The notes below the pieces were generated by a model. That model was not told the DNA's origin and did no database searches. It was given only the letters and a program-made list of their open reading frames with translations. The position numbers and the translations under genes are program-made. Source: the human T2T-CHM13v2.0 reference genome, Homo sapiens. From it: a DNA stretch of 64,000 nt. The stretch is taken from the NCBI RefSeq assembly GCF_009914755.1, contig NC_060939.1, one strand, 5' to 3'. The first letter of the stretch is position 1. Every line of letters starts with the position of its first letter. Below, piece by piece: positions 26,701 through 42,204 of the stretch.

Positions 26701-27900
26701 CCATTCTATTCAACTCTATTGCCTTCCATTCCATTCCATTCGATTACATTCCATGCGATTCCATTCGAAATCGAATCAATTACATTGCAATCCATTACTA
26801 TTGAGTCCGTTTTATTCCAGTCCACTGCATTCTGGTCCATTCCATTTGATTCCATTCCATTATATTCCATTCCATACAGTTGCATTCCATTGGATTCCAT
26901 GCTATATCTATAAATTCAATTCGAGACCATTGCTTTTGAGTCCATTCTATATGTTTCCATTCCATTCAAGTCCATTACATTTGGTTCAATTCCATTCCAT
27001 TCCATTCCCCTCCATTCCATTCCAGTTGATATCAATCCATTCGATTCCATTCCATTCGAGCACATTCCATTCGAGTCCATTCCATTCGATGAAATTCCAT
27101 TTGATTCTATTCCATTAGTCTCCATTCAATTCCATTAATCTCCATTCCATTCCATTCTACTCCAACTGATTCCATTCCATTCTATTCCTTTCCATTCCAT
27201 TTCATTCCATTCCATTCCATTCGCTTCCATTCCATTCGTGTCCATTCCACTCCAGTCCATTCCATTTGTGTCCACTGCATTCCATTCCACTCCATTCCAT
27301 ATTATTCCATTAAACTCCATTCCATTCTATTACTTTCATTTCCATTCAATTCCATTCCATTTGATTCCATTCCACTCGGTTTCATTCCATTTGAGTCCAC
27401 TCCATTCCATTCCATTCCATTCAGTTCCATTCCATTCTGTTCCATTCCATTCCGTTCCATTGCATTCCATTCCATTCGGTACCATTCCATATTGTTCCAT
27501 TCGATTCCATTCGAATCCATTCCATTCCAGTCCATTCCATTCGATTCCATTCCATTACTTTCAATTCCATTCCATTCCATTCCATTCCACTTGATTCCAC
27601 TCCATTCCCTTCCACTGCATTCCATTCGATTCCATTCCATTGCATTGCATTCCATTCCATTGGACTGCATTCCATTCGATTCCATTCCATTCGAATCAAT
27701 TACATAGCAATCCATTACATTCGAGTCTATTCTATTCCGTTCCATTCGATTTCGTTCCAATCCATTCGATTCCATTCCATTCGATTCCATTCCATACTAT
27801 TGCATTCCATTCGATTACATTATATTCGAATAAGTTCCATTCAAGACCATTTCTTTTGAGTCCATTCTATTTGAGTCCATTCCCTTTGATTCCATAACAT
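20757..27900 (+). repeat. Tandem duplication of a two-unit (3602 bp) block
   Basis: Rare variants recur at exactly +3602: CAATTAAATTGC 21382/24984, a 1-bp deletion CTATTCTTTCC ~21792/~25394, and GATGAAATTCC 23486/27088. GCAACCCATT and GAGTCAAATCCATCCC are also present in both copies. Confidence 0.85.
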
Positions 27901-30900
27901 TTGAGTCCATTCAATTCCATTCCTTTCGTTTCCATTCCATTTGATGCCATTCCATTCAATTCTGTTCTACTCGACTCCAATACATTCAATTCCATTCCAT
28001 CCGATTCCATTACATTCTTTTCATTTCTTATCCATTTCAAGCCATTCCACTCCATTCCATTCCACTCGTTTCCTTTCCATTCGAGTCCATTCCTCTCCAG
28101 TCCATTCCGTTCAATCCATTCCATTCCAGTCCATTCCATTCGAGTCAATTCCATCCCATTCGATGTCTTTCCATAACGATCCATTCTATTCTATTCCTTT
28201 CGATTCCATTCCATTCTATTTCATTCCATTCGATTCCCTTCCATTGGACTCCTTTCCATTCGAGTGCATTCCATTCCGTTCCATTTCTTTCCGTTCTGTA
28301 CGATTCCTACCGTTCGATTTCATTTTGTTCCAGTCCATTCCTTTCGCGTCCATTCCATTCCATTTCACTCCATTCGATTCCATTCCACTCGATTCCACTT
28401 CGTTCCATTTCATTGCATACCATTCTATTCAACTCTATTGCCTTCCATTCCATTCCATTCGATTACATTCCATGCGATTCCATTCGAAATCGAATCAATT
28501 ACATTGCAATCCATTACTATTGAGTCCGTTTTATTCCAGTCCACTACATTCTGGTCCATTCCATTTGATTCCATTCCATTCTATTCCATTCCATACAGTT
28601 GCATTCCATTGGATTCCATGCTATATCTATAAATTCAATTCGAGACCATTGCTTTTGAGTCCATTCTATATGATTCCATTCCATTCAAGTCCATTACATT
28701 TGGTTCAATTCCATTCCATTCCATTCCCTTCCATTCCATTCCAGTTGATATCCATCCATTCGATTCCATTCCATTCGAGCACATTCCATTCGAGTCCATT
28801 CCATTCGATGCCATTCCATTTGATTCTATTCCATTAGTCTCCATTCAATTCCATTAATCTCCATTCCATTCCATTCTACTCCAACTGATTCCATTCCATT
28901 CTATTCCTTTCCATTCCATTTCATTCCATTCCATTCCATTTCATTCCATTCCATTCCATTCGTGTCCATTCCACTCCAGTCCATTCCATTCGTGTCCATT
29001 CCATTCCAGTCCATTCCATTTGTGTCCCCTGCATTCCATTACACTCCATTCCATATTATTCCATTACACTCCATTCAATTCTATTACTTTCATTTCCATT
29101 CAATTCCATTCCATTTGATTCCATTCCACTCGGTTTCATTCCATTTGAGTCCACTCCATTCCATTCCATTCCATTCCATTCAGTTCCATTCCATTCTGTT
29201 CCATTCCATTCCGTTCCATTACATTCCATTCCATTCGGTACCATTCCATATTGTTCCATTCGATTCCATTCGAATCCATTCCATTCCAGTCCATTCCATT
29301 CGATTCCATTCCATTCATTTCAATTCCATTCCATTCCATTCCATTACATTCCACTTGATTCCTCTCCATTCCCTTCCACTGCATTCCGTTCGATTCCATT
29401 CCATTGCATTGCATTCCATTCCATTGGATTGCATTCCATTCGATTCCATTCCATTCGAATCAATTACATAGCAATCCATTACATTCGAGTCTATTCTATT
29501 CCGTTCCATTCGATTTCGTTCCAATCCATTCGATTCCATTCCATTCGATTCCATTCCATACTATTGCATTCCATTCGATTACATTATATTCGAATAAGTT
29601 CCATTCAAGACCATTTCTTTTGATTCCATTCTATTTGAGTCCATTCCCTTTGATTCCATAACATTTGAGTCCATTCAATTCCATTCCTTTCGTTTCCATT
29701 CCATTTGATGCCATTCCATTCAATTCTGTTCTACTCGACTCCAATACATTCAATTCCATTCCATCCGATTCCATTACATTCTTTTCATTTCTTATCCATT
29801 TCAAGCCATTCCACTCCATTCCATTCCACTCGTTTCCTTTCCATTCGAGTCCATTCCTCTCCAGTCCATTCCGTTCAATCCATTCCATTCCAGTCCATTC
29901 CATTCGAGTCCGTTCCATTCCAGTCCATTCCATTCGAGTCAATTCCATCCCATTCGATGTCTTTCCATAACGATCCATTCCATTCTATTCCTTTCGATTC
30001 CATTCCATTCTATTTCATTCCATTCGATTCCCTTCCATTGGACTCCTTTCCATTCGAGTGCATTCCATTCCGTTCCATTTCTTTCCGTTCTGTACGATTC
30101 CTACCGTTCGATTTCATTTTGTTCCAGTCCATTCCTTTCGCGTCCATTCCATTCCATTTCACTCCATTCGATTCCATTCCACTCGATTCCACTTCGTTCC
30201 ATTTCATTGCATTCCATTCTATTCAACTCTATTGCCTTCCATTCCATTCCATTCGATTACATTCCATGCGATTCCATTCGAAATCGAATCAATTACATTG
30301 CAATCCATTACTATTGAGTCCGTTTTATTCCAGTCCACTGCATTCTGGTCCATTCCATTTGATTCCATTCCATTCTATTCCATTCCATACAGTTGCATTC
30401 CATTGGATTCCATGCTATATCTATAAATTCAATTCGAGACCATTGCTTTTGAGTCCATTCTATATGATTCCATTCCATTCAAGTCCATTACATTTGGTTC
30501 AATTCCATTCCATTCCATTCCCTTCCATTCCATTCCAGTTGATATCAATCCATTCGATTCCATTCCATTCGAGCACATTCCATTCGAGTCCATTCCATTC
30601 GATGCCATTCCATTTGATTCTATTCCATTAGTCTCCATTCAATTCCATTAATCTCCATTCCATTCCATTCTACTCCAACTGATTCCATTCCATTCTATTC
30701 TTTCCATTCCATTTCATTCCATTCCATTCCATTTCATTCCATTCCATTCCATTCGTGTCCATTCCACTCCAGTCCATTCCATTCGTGTCCATTCCATTCC
30801 AGTCCATTCCATTTGTGTCCACTGCATTCCATTCCACTCCATTCCATATTATTCCATTACACTCCATTCCATTCTATTACTTTCATTTCCATTCAATTCC

Positions 30901-33900
30901 ATTCCATTTGATTCCATTCCACTCGGTTTCATTCCATTTGAGTCCACTCCATTCCATTCCATTCCATTCCATTCAGTTCCATTCCATTCTGTTCCATTCC
31001 ATTCCGTTCCATTACATTCCATTCCATTCGGTACCATTCCATATTGTTCCATTCGATTCCATTCGAATCCATTCCATTCCAGTCCATTCCATTCGATTCC
31101 ATTCCATTCATTTCAATTCCATTCCATTCCATTCCATTACATTCCACTTGATTCCTCTCCATTCCCTTCCACTGCATTCCGTTCGATTCCATTCCATTGC
31201 ATTGCATTCCATTCCATTGGATTGCATTCCATTCGATTCCATTCCATTCGAATCAATTACATAGCAATCCATTACATTCGAGTCTATTCTATTCCGTTCC
31301 ATTCGATTTCGTTCCAATCCATTCGATTCCATTCCATTCGATTCCATTCCATACTATTGCATTCCATTCGATTACATTATATTCGAATAAGTTCCATTCA
31401 AGACCATTTCTTTTGAGTCCATTCTATTTGAGTCCATTCCCTTTGATTCCATAACATTTGAGTCCATTCAATTCCATTCCTTTCGTTTGCATTCCATTTG
31501 ATGCCATTCCATTCAATTCTGTTCTACTCGACTCCAATACATTCAATTCCATTCCATCCGATTCCATTACATTCTTTTCATTTCTTATCCATTTCAAGCC
31601 ATTCCACTCCATTCCATTCCACTCGTTTCCTTTCCATTCGAGTCCATTCCTCTCCAGTCCATTCCGTTCAATCCATTCCATTCCAGTCCATTCCATTCGA
31701 GTCCGTTCCATTCCAGTCCATTCCATGCGAGTCAATTCCATCCCATTCGATGTCTTTCCATAACGATCCATTCCATTCTATTCCTTTCGATTCCATTCCA
31801 TTCTATTTCATTCCATTCGATTCCCTTCCATTGGACTCCTTTCCATTCGAGTGCATTCCATTCCGTTCCATTTCTTTCCGTTCTGTACGATTCCTACCGT
31901 TCGATTTCATTTTGTTCCAGTCCATTCCTTTCGCGTCCATTCCATTCCATTTCACTCCATTCGATTCCATTCCACTCGATTCCACTTCGTTCCATTTCAT
32001 TGCATTCCATTCTATTCAACTCTATTGCCTTCCATTCCATTCCATTCGATTACATTCCATGCGATTCCATTCGAAATCGAATCAATTACATTGCAATCCA
32101 TTACTATTGAGTCCATTTTATTCCAGTCCACTGCATTCTGGTCCATTCCATTTGATTCCATTCCATTCTATTCCATTCCATACAGTTGCATTCCATTGGA
32201 TTCCATTCTATATCTATAAATTCAATTGGAGACCATTGCTTTTGAGTCCATTCTATATGATTCCATTCCATTCAAGTCCATTACATTTGGTTCAATTCCA
32301 TTCCATTCCATTCCCTTCCATTCCATTCCAGTTGATATCAATCCATTCGATTCCATTCCATTCGAGCACATTCCATTCGAGTGCATTCCATTCGATGCCA
32401 TTCCATTTGATTCTATTCCATTAGTCTCCATTCAATTCCATTAATCTCCATTCCATTCCATTCTACTCCAACTGATTCCATTCCATTCTATTCCTTTCCA
32501 TTCCATTTCATTCCATTCCATTCCATTTCATTCCATTCCATTCCATTCGCTTCCATTCCATTCGTGTCCATTCCACTCCAGTCCATTCCATTCGTGTCCA
32601 TTCCATTCCAGTCCATTCCATTTGTGTCCACTGCATTCCATTCCACTCCATTCCATATTATTCCTTTACACTCCCTTCCATTCTATTACTTTCATTTCCA
32701 TTCAATTCCATTCCATTTGATTCCATTCCACTCGGTTTCATTCCATTTGAGTCCACTCCATTCCATTCCATTCCATTCCATTCAGTTCCATTCCATTCTG
32801 TTCCATTCCATTCCGTTCCATTGCATTCCATTCCATTCGGTACCATTCCATATTGTTCCATTCGATTCCATTCGAATCCATTCCATTCCAGTCCATTCCA
32901 TTCGATTCCATTCCATTCCTTTCAATTCCATTCCATTCCATTCCATTCCACTTGATTCCACTCCATTCCCTTCCACTGCATTCCATTCGATTCCATTCCA
33001 TTGCATTGCATTCCATTCCATTGGACTGCATTCCATTCGATTCCATTCCATTCGAATCAATTACATAGCAATCCATTACATTCGAGTCTATTCTATTCCG
33101 TTCCATTCGATTTCGTTCCTATCCATTCGATTCCATTCCATTCGATTCCATTCCATACTATTGCATTCCATTCGATTACATTATATTCGAATAAGTTCCA
33201 TTCAAGACCATTTCTTTTGAGTCCATTCTATTTGAGTCCATTCCCTTTGATTCCATAACATTTGAGTCCATTCAATTCCATTCCTTTCGTTTGCATTCCA
33301 TTTGATGCCATTCCATTCAATTCTGTTCTACTCGACTCCAATACATTCAATTCCATTCCATCCGATTCCATTACATTCTTTTCATTTCTTATCCATTTCA
33401 AGCCATTCCACTCCATTCCATTCCACTCGTTTCCTTTCCATTCGAGTCCATTCCTCTCCAGTCCATTCCGTTCAATCCATTCCATTCCAGTCCGTTCCAT
33501 TCCAGTCCGTTCCATTCCAGTCCATTCCATTTGAGTCAATTCCATTCCATTCGATGTCTTTCCATAACGATCCATTCCATTCTATTCCTTTCGATTCCAT
33601 TCCATTCTATTTCATTCCATTCGATTCCCTTCCATTGGACTCCTTTCCATTCGAGTGCATTCCATTCCGTTCCATTTCTTTCCGTTCTGTACGATTCCTA
33701 CCGTTCGATTTCATTTTGTTCCAGTCCATTTCTTTCGCGTCCATTCCATTCCATTTCACTCCATTCGATTCCATTCCACTCGATTCCACTTCGTTCCATT
33801 TCATTGCATTCCATTCTATTCAACTCTATTGCCTTCCATTCCATTCCATTCGATTACATTCCATGCGATTCCATTCGAAATCGAATCAATTACATTGCAA

Positions 33901-36900
33901 TCCATTACTATTGAGTCCGTTTTATTCCAGTCCACTGCATTCTGGTCCATTCCATTTGATTCCATTCCATTTTATTCCATTCCATACAGTTGCATTCCAT
34001 TGGATTCCATGCTATATCTATAAATTCAATTCGAGACCATTGTTTTTGAGTCCATTCCATATGTTTCCATTCCATTCAAGTCTATTACATTTGGTTCAAT
34101 TCCATTCCATTCCATTCCCTTCCATTCCATTCCAGTTGATATCAATCCATTCGATTCCATTCCATTCGAGCACATTCCATTCGAGTCCATTCCATTCGAT
34201 GCCATTCCATTTGATTCTATTCCATTAGTCTCCATTCAATTCCATTAATCTCCATTCCATTCCATTCTACTCCAACTGATTCCATTCCATTCTATTCCTT
34301 TCCATTCCATTTCATTCCATTCCATTCCATTTCATTCCATTCCATTCCAATCGCTTCCATTCCATTCGTGTCCATTCCACTCCAGTCCATTCCATTCGTG
34401 TCCATTCCATTCCAGTCCATTCCATTTGTGTCCACTGCATTCCATTCCACTCCATTCCATATTATTCCATTACACTCCGTTCCATTCTATTACTTTCATT
34501 TCCATTCAATTCCATTCCATTTGATTCCATTCCACTCGGTTTCATTCCATTTGAGTCCACTCCATTCCATTCCATTCCATTCCATTCAGTTCCATTCCAT
34601 TCTGTTCCATTCCATTCCGTTCCATTGCATTCCATTCCATTCGGTACCATTCCATATTGTTCCATTCGATTCCATTCGAATCCATTCCATTCCAGTCCAT
34701 TCCATTCGATTCCATTCCATTCCTTTCAATTCCATTCCATTCCATTCCATTCCACTTGATTCCACTCCATTCCCTTCCACTGCATTCCATTCGATTCCAT
34801 TCCATTGCATTGCATTCCATTCCATTGGACTGCATTCCATTCGATTCCATTCCATTCGAATCAATTACATAGCAATCCATTACATTCGAGTCTATTCTAT
34901 TCCGTTCCATTCGATTTCGTTCCAATCCATTCGATTCCATTCCATTCGATTCCATTCCATACTATTGCATTCCATTCTATTACATTATATTCGAATAAGT
35001 TCCATTCAAGACCATTTCTTTTGAGTCCATTCTATTTGAGTCCATTCCCTTTGATTCCATAACATTTGAGTCCATTCAATTCCATTCCTTTCGTTTCCAT
35101 TCCATTTGATGCCATTCCGTTCAATTCTGTTCTACTCGACTCCAATACATTCAATTCCATTCCATCCGATTCCATTACATTCTTTTCATTTCTTATCCAT
35201 TTCAAGCCATTCCACTCCATTCCATTCCACTCGTTTCCTTTCCATTCGAGTCCATTCCTCTCCAGTCCATTCCGTTCAATCCATTCCATTCCAGTCCATT
35301 CCATTCGAGTCCGTTCCATTCCAGTCCATTCCATTCGAGTCAATTCCATTCCATTCGATGTCTTTCCATAACGATCCATTCCATTCTATTCCTTTCGATT
35401 CCATTCCATTCTATTTCATTCCATTCGATTCCCTTCCATTGGACTCCTTTCCATTCGAGTGCATTCCATTCCATTCCATTTCTTTCCGTTCTGTACGATT
35501 CCTACCGTTCGATTTCATTTTGTTCCAGTCCATTCTTTCGCGTCCATTCCATTCCATTTCACTCCATTCGATTCCATTCCACTCGATTCCACTTCGTTCC
35601 ATTTCATTGCATTCCATTCTATTCAACTCTATTGCCTTCCATTCCATTCCATTCGATTACATTCCATGCGATTCCATTCGAAATCGAATCAATTACATTG
35701 CAATCCATTACTATTGAGTCGGTTTTATTCCAGTCCACTGCATTCTGGTCCATTCCATTTGATTCCATTCCATTCTATTCCATTCCATACAGTTGCATTC
35801 CATTGGATTCCATGCTATATCTATAAATTCAATTGGAGACCATTGCTTTTGAGTCCATTCTATATGATTCCATTCCATTCAAGTCCATTACATTTGGTTC
35901 AATTCCATTCCATTCCATTCCCTTCCATTCCATTCCAGTTGATATCAATCCATTCGATTCCATTCCATTCGAGCACATTCCATTCGAGTGCATTCCATTC
36001 GATGCCATTCCATTTGATTCTATTCCATTAGTCTCCATTCAATTCCATTAATCTCCATTCCATTCCATTCTACTCCAACTGATTCCATTCCATTCTATTC
36101 CTTTCCATTCCATTTCATTCCATTCCATTCCATTTCATTCCATTCCATTCCATTCGTGTCCATTCCACTCCAGTCCATTCCATTCGTGTCCATTCCATTC
36201 CAGTCCATTCCATTTGTGTCCACTGCATTCCATTCCACTCCATTCCATATTATTCCATTACACTCCATTCCATTCTATTACTTTCATTTCCATTCAATTC
36301 CATTCCATTTGATTCCATTCCACTCGGTTTCATTCCATTTGAGTCCACTCCATTCCATTCCATTCCATTCCATTCAGTTCCATTCCATTCTGTTCCATTC
36401 CATTCCGTTCCATTACATTCCATTCCATTCGGTACCATTCCATATTGTTCCATTCGATTCCATTCGAATCCATTCCATTCCAGTCCATTCCATTCGATTC
36501 CATTCCATTCATTTCAATTCCATTCCATTCCATTCCATTACATTCCACTTGATTCCTCTCCATTCCCTTCCACTGCATTCCGTTCGATTCCATTCCATTG
36601 CATTGCATTCCATTCCATTGGATTGCATTCCATTCGATTCCATTCCATTCGAATCAATTACATTGCAACCCATTACATTCGAGTCTATTCTCTTCCGTTC
36701 CATTCGATTTCGTTCCAATCCATTCGATTCCATTCCATTCGATTCCATTCCATACTATTGCATTCCATTCGATTACATTATATTCGAATAAGTTCCATTC
36801 AAGACCATTTCTTTTGAGTCCATTCTATTTGAGTCCATTCCCTTTGATTCCATAACATTTGAGTCCATTCAATTCCATTCCTTTCGTTTGCATTCCATTT

Positions 36901-39900
36901 GATGCCATTCCATTCAATTCTGTTCTACTCGACTCCAATACATTCAATTCCATTCCATCCGATTCCATTACATTCTTTTCATTTCTTATCCATTTCAAGC
37001 CATTCCACTCCATTCCATTCCACTCGTTTCCTTTCCATTCGAGTCCATTCCTCTCCAGTCCATTCCGTTCAATCCATTCCATTCCAGTCCATTCCATTCG
37101 AGTCCGTTCCATTCCAGTCCATTCCATTCGAGTCAAATCCATCCCATTCGATGTCTTTCCATAACGATCCATTCCATTCTATTCCTTTCGATTCCATTCC
37201 ATTCTATTTCATTCCATTCGATTCCCTTCCATTGGACTCCTTTCCATTCGAGTGCATTCCATTCCGTTCCATTTCTTTCCGTTCTGTACGATTCCTACCG
37301 TTCGATTTCATTTTGTTCCAGTCCATTCCTTTCGCGTCCATTCCATTCCATTTCACTCCATTCGATTCCATTCCACTCGATTCCACTTCGTTCCATTTCA
37401 TTGCATTCCATTCTATTCAACTCTATTGCCTTCCATTCCATTCCATTCGATTACATTCCATGCGATTCCATTCGAAATCGAATCAATTACATTGCAATCC
37501 ATTACTATTGAGTCCGTTTTATTCCAGTCCACTGCATTCTGGTCCATTCCATTTGATTCCATCCCATTTTATTCCATTCCATACAGTTGCATTCCATTGG
37601 ATTCCATGCTATATCTATAAATTCAATTCGAGACCATTGCTTTTGAGTCCATTCTATATGTTTCCATTCCATTCAAGTCCATTACATTTGGTTCAATTCC
37701 ATTCCATTCCATTTCCCTCCATTCCATTCCAGTTGATATCAATCCATTCGATTCCATTCCATTCGAGCACATTCCATTCGAGTCCATTCCATTCGATGCC
37801 ATTCCATTTGATTCTATTCCATTAGTCTCCATTCAATTCCATTAATCTCCATTCCATTCCATTCTACTCGAACTGATTCCATTCCATTCTATTCCTTTCC
37901 ATTCCATTTCATTCCATTCCATTCCATTCGCTTCCATTCCATTCGTGTCCATTCCACTCCAGTCCATTCCATTTGTGTCCACTGCATTCCATTCCACTCC
38001 ATTCCATATTATTCCATTACACTCCATTCCATTCTATTACTTTCATTTCCATTCAATTCCATTCCATTTGATTCCATTCCACTCGGTTTCATTCCATTTG
38101 AGTCCACTCCATTCCATTCCATTCCATTCCATTCCATTCAGTTCCATTCCATTCTGTTCCATTCCATTCCGTTCCATTGCATTCCATTCCATTCGGTACC
38201 ATTCCATATTGTTCCATTCGATTCCATTCGAATCCATTCCATTCCAGTCCATTCCATTCGATTCCATTCCATTCCTTTCAATTCCATTCCATTCCATTCC
38301 ATTCCACTTGATTCCACTCCATTCCCTTCCACTGCATTCCATTCGATTCCATTCCATTGCATTGCATTCCATTCCATTGGACTGCATTCCATTCGATTCC
38401 ATTCCATTCGAATCAATTACATAGCAATCCATTACATTCGAGTCTATTCTCTTCCGTTCCATTCGATTTCGTTCCAATCCATTCGATTCCATTCCATTCG
38501 ATTCCATTCCATACTATTGCATTCCATTCGATTACATTATATTCGAATAAGTTCCATTCAAGACCATTTCTTTTGAGTCCATTCTATTTGAGTCCATTCC
38601 CTTTGATTCCATAACATTTGAGTCCATTCAATTCCATTCCTTTCGTTTCCATTCCATTTGATGCCATTCCATTCAATTCTGTTCTACTCGACTCCAATAC
38701 ATTCAATTCCATTCCATCCGATTCCATTACATTCTTTTCATTTCTTATCCATTTCAAGCCATTCCAATCCATTCCATTCCACTCGTTTCCTTTCCATTCG
38801 AGTCCATTCCTCTCCAGTCCATTCCGTTCAATCCATTCCATTCCAGTCCATTCCATTCGAGTCCGTTCCATTCCAGTCCATTCCATTCGAGTCAATTCCA
38901 TCCCATTCGATGTCTTTCCATAACGATCCATTCCATTCTATTCCTTTCGATTCCATTCCATTCTATTTCATTCCATTCGATTCCCTTCCATTGGACTCCT
39001 TTCCATTCGAGTGCATTCCATTCCGTTCCATTTCTTTCCGTTCTGTACGATTCCTACCGTTCGATTTCATTTTGTTCCAGTCCATTCCTTTCGCGTCCAT
39101 TCCATTCCATTTCACTCCATTCGATTCCATTCCACTCGATTCCACTTCGTTCCATTTCATTGCATTCCATTCTATTCAACTCTATTGCCTTCCATTCCAT
39201 TCCATTCGATTACATTCCATGCGATTCCATTCGAAATCGAATCAAGTACATTGCAATCCATTACTATTGAGTCCGTTTTATTCCAGTCCACTGCATTCTG
39301 GTCCATTCCATTTGATTCCATTCCATTCTATTCCATTCCATACAGTTGCATTCCATTGGATTCCATGCTATATCTATAAATTCAATTCGAGACCATTGCT
39401 TTTGAGTCCATTCTATATGATTCCATTCCATTCAAGTCCATTACATTTGGTTCAATTCCATTCCATTCCATTCCCTTCCATTCCATTCCATTTGATATCA
39501 ATCCATTCGATTCCATTCCATTCGAGCACATTCCATTCGAGTCCAATCCATTCGATGCCATTCCATTTGATTCTATTCCATTAGTCTCCATTCAATTCCA
39601 TTAATCTCCATTCCATTCCATTCTACTCCAACTGATTCCATTCCATTCTATTCTTTCCATTCCATTTCATTCCATTCCATTCCATTTCATTCCATTCCAT
39701 TCCATTCGTGTCCATTCCACTCCAGTCCATTCCATTCGTGTCCATTCCATTCCAGTCCATTCCATTTGTGTCCACTGCATTCCATTCCACTCCATTCCAT
39801 ATTATTCCATTACACTCCATTCCATTCTATTACTTTCATTTCCATTCAATTCCATTCCATTTGATTCCATTCCACTCGGTTTCATTCCATTTGAGTCCAC

Positions 39901-42204
39901 TCCATTCCATTCCATTCCATTCCATTCAGTTCCATTCCATTCTGTTCCATTCCATTCCGTTCCATTACATTCCATTCCATTCGGTACCATTCCATATTGT
40001 TCCATTCGATTCCATTCGAATCCATTCCATTCCAGTCCATTCCATTCGATTCCATTCCATTCATTTCAATTCCATTCCATTCCATTCCATTACATTCCAC
40101 TTGATTCCTCTCCATTCCCTTCCACTGCATTCCGTTCGATTCCATTCCATTGCATTGCATTCCATTCCATTGGATTGCATTCCATTCGATTCCATTCCAT
40201 TCGAATCAATTACATTGCAACCCATTACATTCGAGTCTATTCTCTTCCGTTCCATTCGATTTCGTTCCAATCCATTCGATTCCATTCCATTCGATTCCAT
40301 TCCATACTATTGCATTCCATTCGATTACATTATATTCGAATAAGTTCCATTCAAGACCATTTCTTTTGAGTCCATTCTATTTGAGTCCATTCCCTTTGAT
40401 TCCATAACATTTGAGTCCATTCAATTCCATTCCTTTCGTTTGCATTCCATTTGATGCCATTCCATTCAATTCTGTTCTACTCGACTCCAATACATTCAAT
40501 TCCATTCCATCCGATTCCATTACATTCTTTTCATTTCTTATCCATTTCAAGCCATTCCACTCCATTCCATTCCACTCGTTTCCTTTCCATTCGAGTCCAT
40601 TCCTCTCCAGTCCATTCCGTTCAATCCATTCCATTCCAGTCCATTCCATTCGAGTCTATTCCATTCCAGTCCATTCCATTCGAGTCAACTCCATCCCATT
40701 CGATGTCTTTCCATAACGATCCATTCCATTCTATTCCTTTCGATTCCATTCCATTCTATTTCATTCCATTCGATTCCCTTCCATTGGACTCCTTTCCATT
40801 CGAGTGCATTCCATTCCGTTCCATTTCTTTCCGTTCTGTACGATTCCTACCGTTCGATTTCATTTTGTTCCAGTCCATTCCTTTCGCGTCCATTCCATTC
40901 CATTTCACTCCATTCGATTCCATTCCACTCGATTCCACTTCGTTCCATTTCATTGCATTCCATTCTATTCAACTCTATTGCCTTCCATTCCATTCCATTC
41001 GATTACATTCCATGCGATTCCATTCGAAATCGAATCAATTACATTGCAATCCATTACTATTGAGTCCGTTTTATTCCAGTCCACTGCATTCTGGTCCATT
41101 CCATTTGATTCCATTCCATTCTATTCCATTCCATACAGTTGCATTCCATTGGATTCCATGCTATATCTATAAATTCAATTCGAGACCATTGCTTTTGAGT
41201 CCATTCTATATGATTCCATTCCATTCAAGTCCATTACATTTGGTTCAATTCCATTCCATTCCATTCCCTTCCATTCCATTCCAGTTGATATCAATCCATT
41301 CGATTCCATTCCATTCGAGCACATTCCATTCGAGTCCATTCCATTCGATGCCATTCCATTTGATTCTATTCCATTAGTCTCCATTCAATTCCATTAATCT
41401 CCATTCCATTCCATTCTAATCCAACTGATTCCATTCCATTCTATTCCTTTCCATTCCATTTCATTCCATTCCATTCCATTTCATTCCATTCCATTCCATT
41501 CGTGTCCATTCCACTCCAGTCCATTCCATTCGTGTCCATTCCATTCCAGTCCATTCCATTTGTGTCCCCTGCATTCCATTACACTCCATTCCATATTATT
41601 CCATTACACTCCATTCAATTCTATTACTTTCATTTCCATTCAATTCCATTCCATTTGATTCCATTCCACTCGGTTTCATTCCATTTGAGTCCACTCCATT
41701 CCATTCCATTCCATTCCATTCAGTTCCATTCCATTCTATTCCATTCCATTCCGTTCCATTACATTCCATTCCATTCGGTACCATTCCATATTGTTCCATT
41801 CGATTCCATTCGAATCCATTCCATTCCAGTCCATTCCATTCGATTCCATTCCATTCATTTCAATTCCATTCCATTCCATTCCATTACATTCCACTTGATT
41901 CCTCTCCATTCCCTTCCACTGCATTCCGTTCGATTCCATTCCATTGCATTGTGTTCCATTCCATTGGATTGCATTCCATTCGATTCCATTCCATTCGAAT
42001 CAATTACATAGCAATCCATTACATTCGAGTCTATTCTATTCCGTTCCATTCGATTTCGTTCCAATCCATTCGATTCCATTCCATTCGATTCCATTCCATA
42101 CTATTGCATTCCATTCGATTACATTATATTCGAATAAGTTCCATTCAAGACCATTTCTTTTGAGTCCATTCTATTTGAGTCCATTCCCTTTGATTCCATA
42201 ACAT

